Below, in pieces: positions 32,486 to 43,538 of a DNA stretch of 64,000 nucleotides. The DNA is from Alphaproteobacteria bacterium. GTDB lineage: Bacteria; Pseudomonadota; Alphaproteobacteria; MPNO01; UBA830. The notes beneath the pieces were generated by a model. The model did not search any database. It saw only the letters and a list, made by a program, of their open reading frames with translations, and was not told where the DNA came from. Where the stretch lies: assembly GCA_964291215.2 (NCBI GenBank), contig OZ219790.1, positions 512,001 through 576,000 of the forward strand, read 5' to 3'. A program made the translations under genes and the position numbers. Every line of letters begins with the position of its first letter. The first letter of the stretch is position 1.

Positions 32486-34317
32486 TTGGGTTCTGATTGG
32501 TCGTAGTGCTCGTTGATGATGTCTGCGGCTTTTCCGTCGAGGGCGATCTGGGTTGCGACGTGATGATTGTAGCCGAGTGCGGCCATGGAGGTGAGGTAGC
32601 TTGAGCCCCGGCACCATGCTTTTGCGTGGAGCGGAAGCATCCGGACACCTTGACCTTTGCCATCCTGATCTTCTGTTCTCCGGCATTGTTGGTGAAGCTG
32701 ACATCGGGGTCGTCTGTGAAGCGCAGGTTTTCGTGTTTCACGAGACGTTCGTGCAGGTTGTGCGCGTCGGACTTGCGTCCACGTTTTCCTTTCGTCGGGA
32801 TGTCGGGCAGTTCCTTGGTGCCCTGATGGTGCGGTAGCGCCCGGCCTCGTTCAGGGTCCTGGATGCGCTCTTGTTGATCTTGTGGCAGACCTCGCGGAGC
32901 AGGTTCTTCATCAGTCGCGCGGCAGCTTCAGAGGTCCTGACCTCGTGATTTGACTTGATCAGTCCGTGATCCCTTTTTCACAGTATAATTAATGATTTGA
33001 CCGGTTTTATTCTTGACAACAGAGTCGCATCGTGGTCCAATATAATGTGATGCTTGTAATGGGATGATCCCGACCTTGAACACGTTCGCGATGTACCCGT
33101 CTGAAGCCCCGTCCCGATCGGAACCTCGTGCTTCTCCCTTGCCAACGTCGACGTACCGACCGTCTTGTTCTCGAACCTGAAGCCCTTCGACTGCCAGACA
33201 ACGCACGCAAACTCGGCCTGGAAGCATCACCCTGATTTGGAAACATCGAAGCCGAGGTCAGGACGTCTGAGCCTCGACGACGAAGGTCAGTTCGCGCAGC
33301 AGGTGGCTGCCGCACAGCTGGTAGCTACACTGCCATGTACGAGGCCCAGGACGCCCTTGTAGCACGGGATGGTGCCGATCTCTTGCCCGCGCTTGCGGTG
33401 CGGGAACATGCACGTCCCGACGACATGGAGCCACTTGCGGTTGATCCAAAATCGTCGACATCGGGCGTTGCAGGAGGTGCGCCACGGCGGCCTCCTCCCA
33501 TGACGCATCGTGAAAGCATAGCTGAGGCCTCGGAGAGCTTGATGCCGGAGATCGCCTGCACGGCACAGGGACAGCATTTGGGCGACCAGCAGGGACGAGG
33601 GCCTGGATGCCGTACTGCACGGGATGTTTTCGGGGAACCGGCCCTTGCACTTTGGGCATTCCTCGGCGTCGACGCGGCACGACCTCGAACACGATGTCGT
33701 GCGGCGCTCCCGATCGACGGGGGCGACGCCGTCGATGTCAGCGCCGCAGGCGTCGCAGGCCGCGACCGTCTCCTCGACGATGGTCTTGCGCAGGTTGTCG
33801 CCCATCTGCCGGTTCGGCTTCGGGCCCTTGCTCCCGGCACGCTCTTGTCCGTCTGTGACGGCGGCAGACCAGAGTTCCGGCTCGTGCGTGGTCTTCTCCA
33901 GAAGGACGACGATGAGGATGTCGAGGACGCGAATCACGGCCTCTTCCGACACCTTGCCGGCAGCGCCGCGGTCCTGGCCGCTTCGAACTCCTCGCGCGCC
34001 GCCCGTCGCCATCACCCGGCCTCGCCGCGAGCATCGCCTGGCGCTCGCCCGGCGGCATCTTCCGGTACTCCGCCTTGCGCTTCATCAGCGCGCCGCCTCC
34101 CGGATGCGTTTCCACATACAGATCATGCGGGGGCTGGAGCTCCGGAAGCAGCTGGCACAGCCCACTCGTCGCCTTCGATCCAAAGTAGCCCACTGGCGGT
34201 CCCCGTCGTTCTCGATGACCACCACTAAACGAATCGGCCTGCAGTGTCAAATCTCCACGAAAACCCGTTCGTTACTCTACCCCGACATCAAGCCGGAACC
34301 AGGGGGTGAGCAGTTAC
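32486..34317 (-). mobile_element. Degenerate IS66-family element (copy A), right end cut by IS630, carrying a MITE
   Basis: Homologous to 1-2667 and 34328-35810. Left IR GTAACTGCTCACCCCC. Confidence 0.88.
32928..33270. mobile_element. MITE-like 343-bp insertion
   Basis: IRs TCAGAGGTCCTGACCTCG / CGAGGTCAGGACGTCTGA (17/18). Absent from the sister IS66 copies. Lower GC and no transposase. Confidence 0.75.
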
Positions 34318-34327
34318 ACTATTTGTT

Positions 34328-35810
34328 GTATCTACTCACCCCTTGTTGGGTTCTGATTCATAGTGCTCGTTGATGATGTCTGCGGCTTTTCCGTCGAGGG
34401 CGATCTGGGTGGCGACGAGTGGGTTGTAGCCGAGTGCGGCCATGGAGGTGAGGTAGCTTGAGCTCCGGCACCATGCTTTTGCGTGGAGCGGAAGCATCCG
34501 GACACCTTGAGCTTTGCCATCCTGATCTTCTGTTCTCCGGCATTGTTGGTGAAGCTGACGTCGGGGTCGTCTGTGAAGCGCAGGTTTTCGTGTTTCACGA
34601 GACGTTCGTGCAGGTTGTGCGCGTTTGCGTCCACGTTTTCCTTTCGGCGGGATGTCGGGCAGTTCCCTGGCGCCCTGATGGTGCGGTAGCGCTTGCGCCC
34701 GGCGTCGTTCAGGGTCTTGGATGCGCTCTTGTTGACCTTGTGGCAGACCTCGCGGAGCAGACTCTTCATCAGTCGCGCGGTAGCCTCGACGACAAAGGTC
34801 AGTTCGCGCAGCAGGTGGCTGCCGCACAGCTGGTGGCTACACTGGCCCATGTACGAGGCCCAGGACGCCCTTGTAGCACGGGCAGATCTCTTGCCCGCGC
34901 TTGCGGTGCGGGAACTTGCACGTCCCGACGACATGGAGCCACTTGCTGTTGATCCGAAATCGTCGACATCGGGCGTTGCAGGAGGTGCGCCACGGCGGCC
35001 TCCTCCCATGACGCATCGTGAAAGCATAGCCGAGGCCTCGGAGAGCTTGATGCCGGAGATCGCCTGCACGAACGCGACGGCGCAGGGACAGCATTTGGGC
35101 GACCAGCAGGTTGATGACGAGGGCCTGAATGCCGATGCCGTACTGCACGGGATGTTGTCGGGGAACCGGCCCCGGGCCTTGCACTTCGGGCATTCCTTGA
35201 TCTCGGCGCGGCGCTCGACGACCTCGAACACGATGTCGTGCGGCGCTCCCGATCGACGGGGCCGTCGATGTCGGCGCCGCAGGCGTCGCAGGCCGCGACC
35301 GTCTCCTCGACGATGGTCTTGCGCAGGTTGTCGCCCATCTGCCGGTTCGGCTTCGGGCCCTTGCCGTTGCTCCCGGCACGCTCTTGTCCGTCTGTGACGG
35401 CGGCAGACCGGAGTTCCGGCTCGTGCGTGGTCTTCTCCAGAAGGACGACGATGATGATGTCGAGCAGGATGACGAGGACGCGGATGACGGCCTCTTCCGC
35501 CACCTTGCCGGCCGCACGCAGCGCCTTGGCCGCTTCGAACTCCTCGCGCGCCGCCCGTCGCCATCACCCGGCCTTGCGCTTCATCAGCGCGCCGCCTCCG
35601 AGATGCGTTTCCACATACAGATCATGCGGAGGCTGGAGCCCCGGAAGCAGCTGGCACAGCCCGCTCGTCGCCTTCGATCCAAAGTAGCCCACTGGCGGTC
35701 CCCGTCGTTCTCGATGACCACCACTAAGCGAATCGGGTGTCAAATCTCCACGAAACCCCGTTCGTTACTCTACCCCGACATCAAGCCGGAACCAGGGGGT
35801 GAGCAGTTAC
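34328..35810 (-). mobile_element. Degenerate IS66-family element (copy B) with both ends
   Basis: IRs GTATCTACTCACCCC / GGGGTGAGCAGTTAC. Perfect 8-bp TSD TATTTGTT at 34320-34327 and 35811-35818. Confidence 0.93.
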
Positions 35811-36134
35811 TATTTGTTTTATAAAGCCGTAGAACTGTCTGGCTTGCGCAGGAGATCAGGGAACGCAGCGTCCGGCCACGCCATCGGCGGGTAGGGTAAG
35901 GGGAGACGCAAACGACCTTTCCGCACTCAAGGTAACAGCGCTGGCGTACACGACATGGCAGCGCTGCACCACGGGATGCGCGGCAAGCCCTGCCCCGGAC
36001 AACCGCCAGGTGTATGTCCACCTCGCCGACGATCCGCAGCATGGCGCTTCCGGGCAAACCACCGCGTCCCTCAAGCAGGTCATGGGTCGTAGCGCGAGCG
36101 CCGGTTTCCTCCACCCGCGCTTCGCACCTCCCGA

Positions 36135-36560
36135 TCACTCTTCGGCCAGGGCGCGCGGCACGAACTCGCGCCAGCCGCCGTCGGCAAGCGCCTGCGCCTT
36201 CGGGATCCAGCGCCGCACCTGCGAGCGCATCCAGCTGTCGGAGGCCCATGTCGCTGCCACATCCTCCTTGCCCCAGATGTCTTCCGCGATCCCGCGCGCC
36301 GTCTTGCCGGCCCCGAGCTCGGCCAGCACCGTCATCAGCCCGTCGATCTCGCGAACCGTGCCCCCCCCGACCCTGCCCGTTCCGAGGGACCGGAAGACCC
36401 GCCACGTTCCAGAAGTCGAGGAGGCGCCGGACCGACAGCGGCATTCGCAACCCGAACGGATGCCTGATCGAAATGCTGCCGTCGTCGGGGAACCGCGCCG
36501 CATTCCCGAGGTCGGTCTGGACCGCCGCGCCGCCATGTTCGATCTTGAGCACCAGACCGC
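36135..36560 (-). pseudogene. DUF2285-like regulator remnant (ICE-associated)
   Basis: RGIAEDIWG..DV...W.SDSWMRSQVRR....A.AL.DGGWR resembles DUF2285 C-termini. Upstream part is broken. Confidence 0.55.
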
Positions 36561-37168
36561 CGCCGAGCAGGCGCAGCCCCTCGACCGAGCCTCCCATCAG
36601 CCCGAGCAGCGGCTCCGCGCCCGGCTCCAGCACCCCTCCGGCATCCCCTCGCTGGCACCCCGACGCCAGGCCGGAGGCCGAACCTGCCGTTCGTCCGGTA
36701 TCGTTTCCGGCGGTCATCTTGCGATCTCCCGCATGGACTTCCCGAACCGGATGCCTGCCGGCGCGACCGCCCTCATCGCCGCCTCAACCCCTGTATGCCT
36801 GCCCACCATGGCGCCCTCCCGGAATCGAGCGTTCCACTTGATGCCCACTATGCGTCCGCTGGCTCGACCCGGCCAATTGCCGCCCGCGATGCGGAAAATC
36901 AGCCGAATGCGGCATGGAGTCCTTCCACTACCGCGCGGTGCCCCTGCGCGGGTCCGCCGTCTGCGTTTCCGACAGCATTGCCGCCGATATCCTCGGGGAG
37001 TACCGCCCGTCATGACGGTTCCGGCCTGTCCCCGGGGCAGGCATCGGCGATTGCGAACCCGATGTTCCCGACTTAGGGTGCCGCCATGTCGAACATCATT
37101 CCTCTTCCGGCCCGCGAGCGGGCTGTCCGTCGAGGGCTTCCCGGAGACGATGCCGGAGGTCTTTCCCG

Positions 37169-38230
37169 GTGAGGCTTCCGGCGACGCCGCACGATGCGCT
37201 GTTCCGCGCGCTGGTCTCCGAGCCGACCCGCGCCGCTTCGCTGCTCGCGGAGTACCTGCCGCCGGAGGTGGCCGCCCTCCTCGACCCCGAGGCCCCGCCC
37301 GAGGCGGTCGAGGGCAGTTTCGTCGACGAGGACGCCGCGCGGACCCAGTGCGACGCACTCTTCCGAGTCAGGCTGAGGAGTGGCCACGAGGCGCGCCTCT
37401 ATGTGTTGCTCGAACACAAGAGCCGCGTCGATGCTGACACGCCACTCCAGCTCCTGAAATACATGGTCAACATCTGGCGCCGCGAGATCGAGAATGGCAG
37501 CGCCGGGGACAGGCTGCCGGCGATCATCCCGCTGGTCTTCTACCATGGCCGGGGCCGCTGGACGGCGGCGCGCTCGGTGCCGGGGATGATTGATGCGCCC
37601 GAAGAGCTGGAGCCGTTCGTCAGGGAGTTTGCCTATGTGGTGCACGACCTTGGCGAGATTGCACCCCACCGGCTTTCGGCCTCGCCCGAGGTGCGGGCCG
37701 GGCTTCTGGCGCTCAGGGTCGTTCATGCCGAGGAGATACCGCCCGATCTTCTGGATGAGATGACGGGCGGGCCGGTTGCGGGGAGCGCGTTCGAGCGTCA
37801 TATTGTGCGCTACATTGCCGAGCGCATGAACCTGACGCCGCCTTTGCTGGAGGCGTCGCTGCGCCGGACGAAGCCGGACCGCTGGGAGGTGCTGATGGGC
37901 ACGGTCGCGCAAGCCTGGATCGAACAGGGAAGAGCCGAGGGAATCGAGAAGGGAATCGAACAGGGGATCGAACAGGGAAGAGCCGAGGGAATCGAGAAGG
38001 GAATCGAACAGGGGATCGAACGGGGCCGAAGCGAGGGCCTGGAAGAAGGCCGGATACAGGCCTTGGCGGAACTTCTTCTTCGCCAACTGGCGTTGCGCTT
38101 CGGTGATGTGCCGGGCGCGGTCCGCGAGCAGGTCCGCGGCGCGTCGGCCGCCGAACTGGAGGCCTGGGCGGAGGCGGTGCTGGTGGCGTCGAGCCTCGAC
38201 GAAGTGCTGGCGGCCAGGCCCGGGCACTGA
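37169..38230 (+). CDS. Rpn/YhgA-like PD-(D/E)XK nuclease
   Basis: PHDALFR, GSFVDE, CDALFRV, YVLLEHKS and IIPLVFYHG, followed by a repeat linker and a DUF4351-like tail. Confidence 0.92.
   Translation: MRLPATPHDALFRALVSEPTRAASLLAEYLPPEVAALLDPEAPPEAVEGSFVDEDAARTQCDALFRVRLRSGHEARLYVLLEHKSRVDADTPLQLLKYMVNIWRREIENGSAGDRLPAIIPLVFYHGRGRWTAARSVPGMIDAPEELEPFVREFAYVVHDLGEIAPHRLSASPEVRAGLLALRVVHAEEIPPDLLDEMTGGPVAGSAFERHIVRYIAERMNLTPPLLEASLRRTKPDRWEVLMGTVAQAWIEQGRAEGIEKGIEQGIEQGRAEGIEKGIEQGIERGRSEGLEEGRIQALAELLLRQLALRFGDVPGAVREQVRGASAAELEAWAEAVLVASSLDEVLAARPGH
37895..38230 (+). CDS. Putative nested in-frame small antitoxin (RpnS-like, 111 aa)
   Basis: GGGAGGT-GCTG-ATG internal RBS and start at MGTVAQAW. 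Confidence 0.65.
   Translation: MGTVAQAWIEQGRAEGIEKGIEQGIEQGRAEGIEKGIEQGIERGRSEGLEEGRIQALAELLLRQLALRFGDVPGAVREQVRGASAAELEAWAEAVLVASSLDEVLAARPGH
37919..38040 (+). repeat. Coding tandem repeat (48-bp unit built from 12-bp subunits)
   Basis: ATCGAACAGGGAAGAGCCGAGGGAATCGAGAAGGGAATCGAACAGGGG twice plus a diverged partial copy. Encodes IEQGRAEGIEKGIEQG. Confidence 0.9.
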
Positions 38231-38439
38231 GAGTCCTTTTGAGAATGTGTTCAATAGGCGATTCCTCGTAGCAGGAGGCTTCCCAAGGCGACATGGATCA
38301 TGGCTTCAGAGACGTCGATGCGCTGTTCATAGTCTCGCACCAGGCGTCTCCAACGGGTAAGCCACCTCACGCAGATGTGGCGCCGGGATCCGAATTTCCG
38401 GACGACATGTCGTCCAAGTTTCCAGAGTGACGAAGCGCC

Positions 38440-38645
38440 ATGCCTGATTTCTGCGTCTCTCCGACCTCAATTGTCAACCAGATCAAGAGCAACCTGCAGG
38501 ATCGGTACGAGACTGGCTATCCAATTCTGAAGGAGCTGCTCCAGAACGCGGACGACTCTGAAATCCCAGCGGTTCCGGCTGGATGCTCTACCAGGCTGGC
38601 CAGACGCAAATAATCCTCTTCTTCGCGGGCCAGGACTTCTGGTCG
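38440..38645 (+). pseudogene. Sacsin-like GHKL ATPase N-terminus, frameshifted and cut by IS30
   Basis: IVNQIKSNLQDRYETGYPILKELLQNADD, then in a shifted frame PGWPDANNPLLRGPGLLVA. Confidence 0.7.
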
Positions 38646-41600
38646 CCCCCGTTCCATAGTGAAGTGCAACACATGATGGGCTGTGGCCATGTGTTTTTAG
38701 ACGCATGATGTTGCGGAGCGGTAGCGGCGAGAGTTCCTCTACAAGATGAAGGGAGCTTGTTCATGTCCAAAGGCTACCGTCACCTACGAAGAGCGATGTC
38801 AGATTGAGGCAGAAAAGCGGTCTTTCACAAGGTGCGATTGCTCGGCAGCTGGGCCGATCAACAATTTTCCGGGAGATCAAGCGCAACACCGGGGAACGGG
38901 GTTACCGTCACAAGCAGGCGCAAAGGATGGCAGAAACGCGCCGCAGGGCAGCCTCGTCTGTTTCCTGGCGGTTGACGCCTCGGGCTGAAGCTCAGAAAAA
39001 GCTGCGGGAGCGCCCCGAGCAGATCAGCGGCCGTTTTCGACTGGAGGGCCGTGGGTCGGCAACGGATCCATGATCGCCGAAGATCGGAGAGCCGCGGGCT
39101 GCCCATCGGACACATTTCGCGCTCGACTCGCTAATTCCTTCGCGCTATTGTCGGGCGCATGGACGACCCTATTTCGATTCCCAGCGCGCTTTCCTCGCCA
39201 CAAGGCATGGTTGTCGCGGATTCTGGCGCAGCCGGAGGTCGCACGTGCCGGCCGCAGGGTATGCGACGCTTTCGGCTTCGTTGACTTTCGCGGGCGACCG
39301 CAGATCACGAGTTGCCTTTCCGCCCTTCGCCGTCTTGAGCGGGCGGCGTTCTTCCTTCGCCCCGCCGTGGCGGCGGCAGCGGTGCCGTGACTCGCAGGGA
39401 GGTAGCGGTTGCCTGTGGGCCTTCCGGCGAGCGCGGTCGAGGGCCTTGAGCTTGTCCGGGTCGAGGGGCTTCGGCTGATCTTCAACGAGCTGATGGCGTC
39501 GGAGCGCCCGTCTTCACGTCAGCTGCGCTACCTGATCGGATCGTTGCACGGGTTCCTGTTTGCTCCGGCGACGCGGGTCCTGGCGGCGCCTGGCTGGGAC
39601 GCCGCATCTCGACGAGGTGTGGCGCGATTCCTGATCCGTCGATCCGTTTGTGTACGTTATCTTGCGTCTTGGGCATGGCGGCGCGTGGTTGGTGACTTTG
39701 CGGCGGCCTATGGCATCCGTCCGGTTCTGGCCGAGACCTTTGTCGCGGGGCAGTTGCTTCCTGGCGGCCGGCTGGCGCTGTGTCGGCACCGGGCGCCGGC
39801 TTCGTGGCGGAACCGGCGAAGCGCACGCTGGCGGCGGACTGGGACACCTGCCTGGAGGCGCGTCCTGGCGCCCGGGGACGGTCTTGACAGCGCGGCAGAG
39901 AACGAATTCGGTGCCGCGCCCTTGGGAGACGCCCGCTTGACGCAGCGGCCTGTGCGCAGTACCGAGGTTCAGGCCCGGTCGCCGACGAAGACATTCTTCG
40001 CTGCGAGGCGACGGGATACTACAGGATGATCGAGCATCCGGACTAGGACGCGGTCTGTGCGTCCACCATCATCGGGGGGCATCGCGAACGGACGCAGGCG
40101 CTGTCGCTTCTGGTGCAGGACGGCCTCAACTTCGCGACCCGGTTGCGAAGGCCTCGGGATGATCGGCTGCAACACGGGGTCTTCGGGCCTGCACACGACC
40201 TTCGCCGTGAGCGGCGACGGGGTTCCCCTCGGCGTTGTCAACCTCGAGTTCGACGCCCCGGACGGCGGGCAGGATCGTCCGGTGGAGGAGCGCAACGGTG
40301 GCTGCGCGGCCTTCGCCACAGCATCGCGGCGGCGAAGGCCGTGGCGGTGATGGAGGGGGACGCGGTGCTCCACGAACACCGTGCGGCGGGCTGCCGCCGT
40401 CTGGCGCTGCGGCATGACCGCAGCTTCGGCCGGCTGGTGTGCACACGGCACCGGAAGGCGGACAGTTCTCCCTCACGGTGGAGCGACTGTCGGGGCGACC
40501 AGGGGCGCAGAAGGCCTCCGTCGGGCGAGCGAGGCGCCCCTGCGCTGGCTGACACTCGAGATCCCGCCGCCTGCACACACAAGGGCGCGCTTCGGGCCGG
40601 TGACCGCGATTCATGCCGGGGAGGTGGACGGGTCACAACCGGTGTCGTGGACCCTGCCTGTCACGAGCCTGCACCAGGCCCGCGAGGTAGTGCGGCGGGT
40701 TGAGGTGGCGAATCGAGGACTGGGATCCTCAAGTGCAAGGTGGAGACGATCGCGCACCGGCATCGAACGGGCCGTGGCGATCAACGCGGTGATCGCCTGG
40801 CGCATCGCCGCCCTCCTGGCGCGAACGGAACCGGAGCTTCCGTCCACGACCGCGTTCACCGACCTGGCGCTGCTGAAAGACTTCGCGCATGTCCGCAAGC
40901 TGCCGCCACCCGAGGATCTCGGGCAGGCATTCCGCCTCGTGGCAACGATGGGCGGATACCTGAACCGCAGCAAGGACGGCCCGCCCGGAGATCACCTGGA
41001 ACGGTCAGGCTGCGCTGTCGTTCACGGCGTGGATGCTTGGCCACAGTGTCGATGCCGGGGACGACAGCGCCGTGCGGCAACACATCAGCTAGCCAGACGG
41101 CATTTGTGGGTAATGGGCAGGCCGCGGGGCGTCTTGTGGAAGAAGCTTCGGCGGCACGGCAAGAAACCGAACTGGAAGGGCGGATGCCATTCTGGCCGGG
41201 TGGACATTTCCGAGCGCCCTGCGGAGGCAAAGGAACGGATCGGCGACTGGGAACCATCATCGGCAAAGCTCACAGTGGAGCTGTCGTGTCGCTCGTGCCA
41301 CGAAATACGCCTTGCTGGGTGGACAGAAAGACACGGTCGGTATGATCCGCCTGCTCGGCTCCGGTGCGCTATTGGTCCACACAATCACGTCAGACAACGG
41401 AGTTCGCAGACCACAGGCGTGTCGCACTTGACGCAGATTTCTTCTTCGCCTTTCCATTCCTGGGAGCGCGGCTTGAATGAGCACACCAACGGCCTGGTGC
41501 GGGAGTACTTCCCGAAGGGCACGGACTTTCGCGCGATATGCAACGAAGATGTTCAGAAGGTGCAGGATCGGCTCAACACTCGGAAAGTCCTGGGATCGCC

Positions 41601-41873
41601 AACGGAGGTAATCTTGAAGTGAAACCGTCCTGACCATCTGCGTTCCGAAGCCGCAACGTGCAGCAGGGTCCATGCCGCGCGACGGGGAAATAGTGGCTTG
41701 AAGCCGACAAAGGCGTTGCATAAGCTCGATGTTGAAGGAACTGAAGCTGTTCCCAGGCGGAATCGAGAGGGGCAGAGGGGGAAAATTTGTGCAACATCCG
41801 GCCCTCATCGCAGTGAGGGCGTAGCCCGAACGGAGATGAGGGCCGGATGTTGCACTTCAGACTGGAAGTGGGG
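38646..41873 (+). mobile_element. Degenerate IS30-family element (copy 2), interrupted by an IS4 element
   Basis: Inverted near-copy of 30629-31822 with both IRs. Confidence 0.9.
39099..41120 (+). mobile_element. Degenerate IS4/IS50-like element with an N-terminal DUF4338 region
   Basis: IRs CTGCCCATCGGACACA / TGTGGGTAATGGGCAG and TSD GCCGCGGG. DUF4338-like pieces (QLRYLIGS, ARFLIR, YGIRPVLAETFV) precede Tn5-like EFGAAPLGDARL, GLHTTFAV..DGVPLG and MGGYLNRSKDGPPG. Confidence 0.88.
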
Positions 41874-41995
41874 AAGGATTGAATAGTGTCAGGTTGAAAG
41901 GCCTGCGGCACCGTCGATTGGCGCTTCACGACTGCAAACGCCCGGGTGAAACTAAAGTCCCTATACCCTTCAATCCAATGATTCCGCACTACTAG
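41874..41995 (+). mobile_element. IS630 right-end remnant
   Basis: VDWRFTTANARVKLKSLYPSIQ* followed by ...CACTACTAG. Confidence 0.8.
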
Positions 41996-43364
41996 CCCTT
42001 AATGAACAGGCAGCCGCCTTCTATCTGGGTTCAAGGGTACTGTAACTTGATGTCTGGAAATTTGTCTGAGGTTTGCGCTTTGAGGCGTTTCACTGGGGGG
42101 CTAGCCCCCCAGTGAAACGCGGCGCCATCGTGCTATCCCATGGAGTTGAAAAACCTTCATGGAGGAAGCGAATGGAGCTGCGACACACTACGACGATTGA
42201 GGCCGTTTTGGAACATCTGATCGCAAACGGAGCAACGGATCTGGGGCGGGTCTTTGGCCAGCTCTTCGAGCTTGCGATGCAAATCGAGCGTGAGCAGTAC
42301 TTGAAAGCGGGCCACCGGACACCGGAACGACAGGGCTATGCCAACGGCTACAAGCGGATCGACACCCCCACTGTTGCCGTTCAGGTGCCAAAGACGGCCG
42401 GTCACGGGGACAACCCGTTCTATCCCCAGTCGCTTGAACGCGGCCAGCGATCTTCTCGCGCCGTAGCCGAGATGTACATCAAGGGTGTTTCCACGCGGCA
42501 AGATGTAATGCGCGAGTTCGGGAGCCTGTCCTCTTCTCAGGTCAGCCGGGCCACCAGGTTGCTCGATGAAGAACTCGCCGCGCAACCGGCCCCTTGGGCT
42601 GATGAAATACCTGATCCTGGATGCGCGCTACGAAAAAGCCCGCCATGACGGCGTTGTGCGCGATGTTGCAGTGCTCTCGGCCATCGGAATAGGGGCTGCA
42701 GGCACGTTCTGGGGCTCTCTGTGGCGCTCTCCGAGGCCGAGGTCCATTGGAGAGCCTTCCTGGAAAGCTTGCTAGCCCTGCATGGTACGACCTTCATCGT
42801 CTCGGATGACCATGCTGGGCTGAAAGCAGCACGACGCGCGGTGCTGGGCGCGGCGACATGGCAGCGCTGCCAGTTCCACTTGGCGCAAAACGCCGTGCAC
42901 CGAACAACGACATCAGGAAACGTATTGGAAAACAGCTCGGAGCCATGCGTCCTCACTCCAAACCGCCGAGGCTGAACTGGGCGCCCTCGTGGCCAGCTAT
43001 CGCGACAAGCATCCAAGCTTCCTGGCTGGAAAAGAATGCGGGGCTCGCTGTCTTCACCTTGCCCGATGCTCACCGCAAACGTATGCGAACCTCGAACGGC
43101 ATCGAGCGGCCGATCCAGCAAGAGCTCAAGCGGCGCACCTCCAAAGTCAGGGTCTTTCCGAACCTCGCCTCGTTGGAGCGCCTCTCAACCGCGGTCCTCA
43201 TCGACGAAAAATGGGAAACCGAAACCAAGATCAAATGGGAACAGCTCGATGACTGAGAGCTTCACGACAATTTCCAGACATCAGGTTGCGTAATCGCTTC
43301 AAGCTGTCGCCTATCGACGACCGCATCTATTTTACCCGACCGGATTCCGTTCTCGCCACCGTCG
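41995..43364 (+). pseudogene. C-terminal remnant of a GNAT acetyltransferase (TA-toxin-like), split by IS256
   Basis: Removing IS256 and one TSD gives ALNEQAAAFYLGFKLSPIDDRIYF..., resembling GNAT toxin C-termini. Confidence 0.5.
42036..43295 (+). mobile_element. Degenerate IS256-family element (copy 1)
   Basis: EMYIKGVSTR, YLILDARYEK, VSDDHAGL, WQRCQFH, RTSNGIER and ELKRRT..VRVFPN. IRs present. TSD GGTTCAAG/GCTTCAAG. Confidence 0.92.
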
Positions 43365-43538
43365 ACAAGACTTGATCAGCCGTTGTCGATACGGCGACGG
43401 ACTCTGGAATTGGTGCCCGGCTTCTGCCCTGCCCGTCGGACAATCAACCGACGTCAGATCCTGTGCGCACTCGGGACACGATTCCCAAACTGCGCTATAT
43501 TGACGCCGAGTCGTCGAATACCATGCCGGACGAATGAG

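Noticed and set aside
35850-36070. Tyrosine integrase C-terminus (YVHLADD)
   Set aside because: Too short and degraded to support a call.
37919-38040. Mini CRISPR-like repeat
   Set aside because: No unique spacers. It is an in-frame coding repeat typical of Rpn tails.
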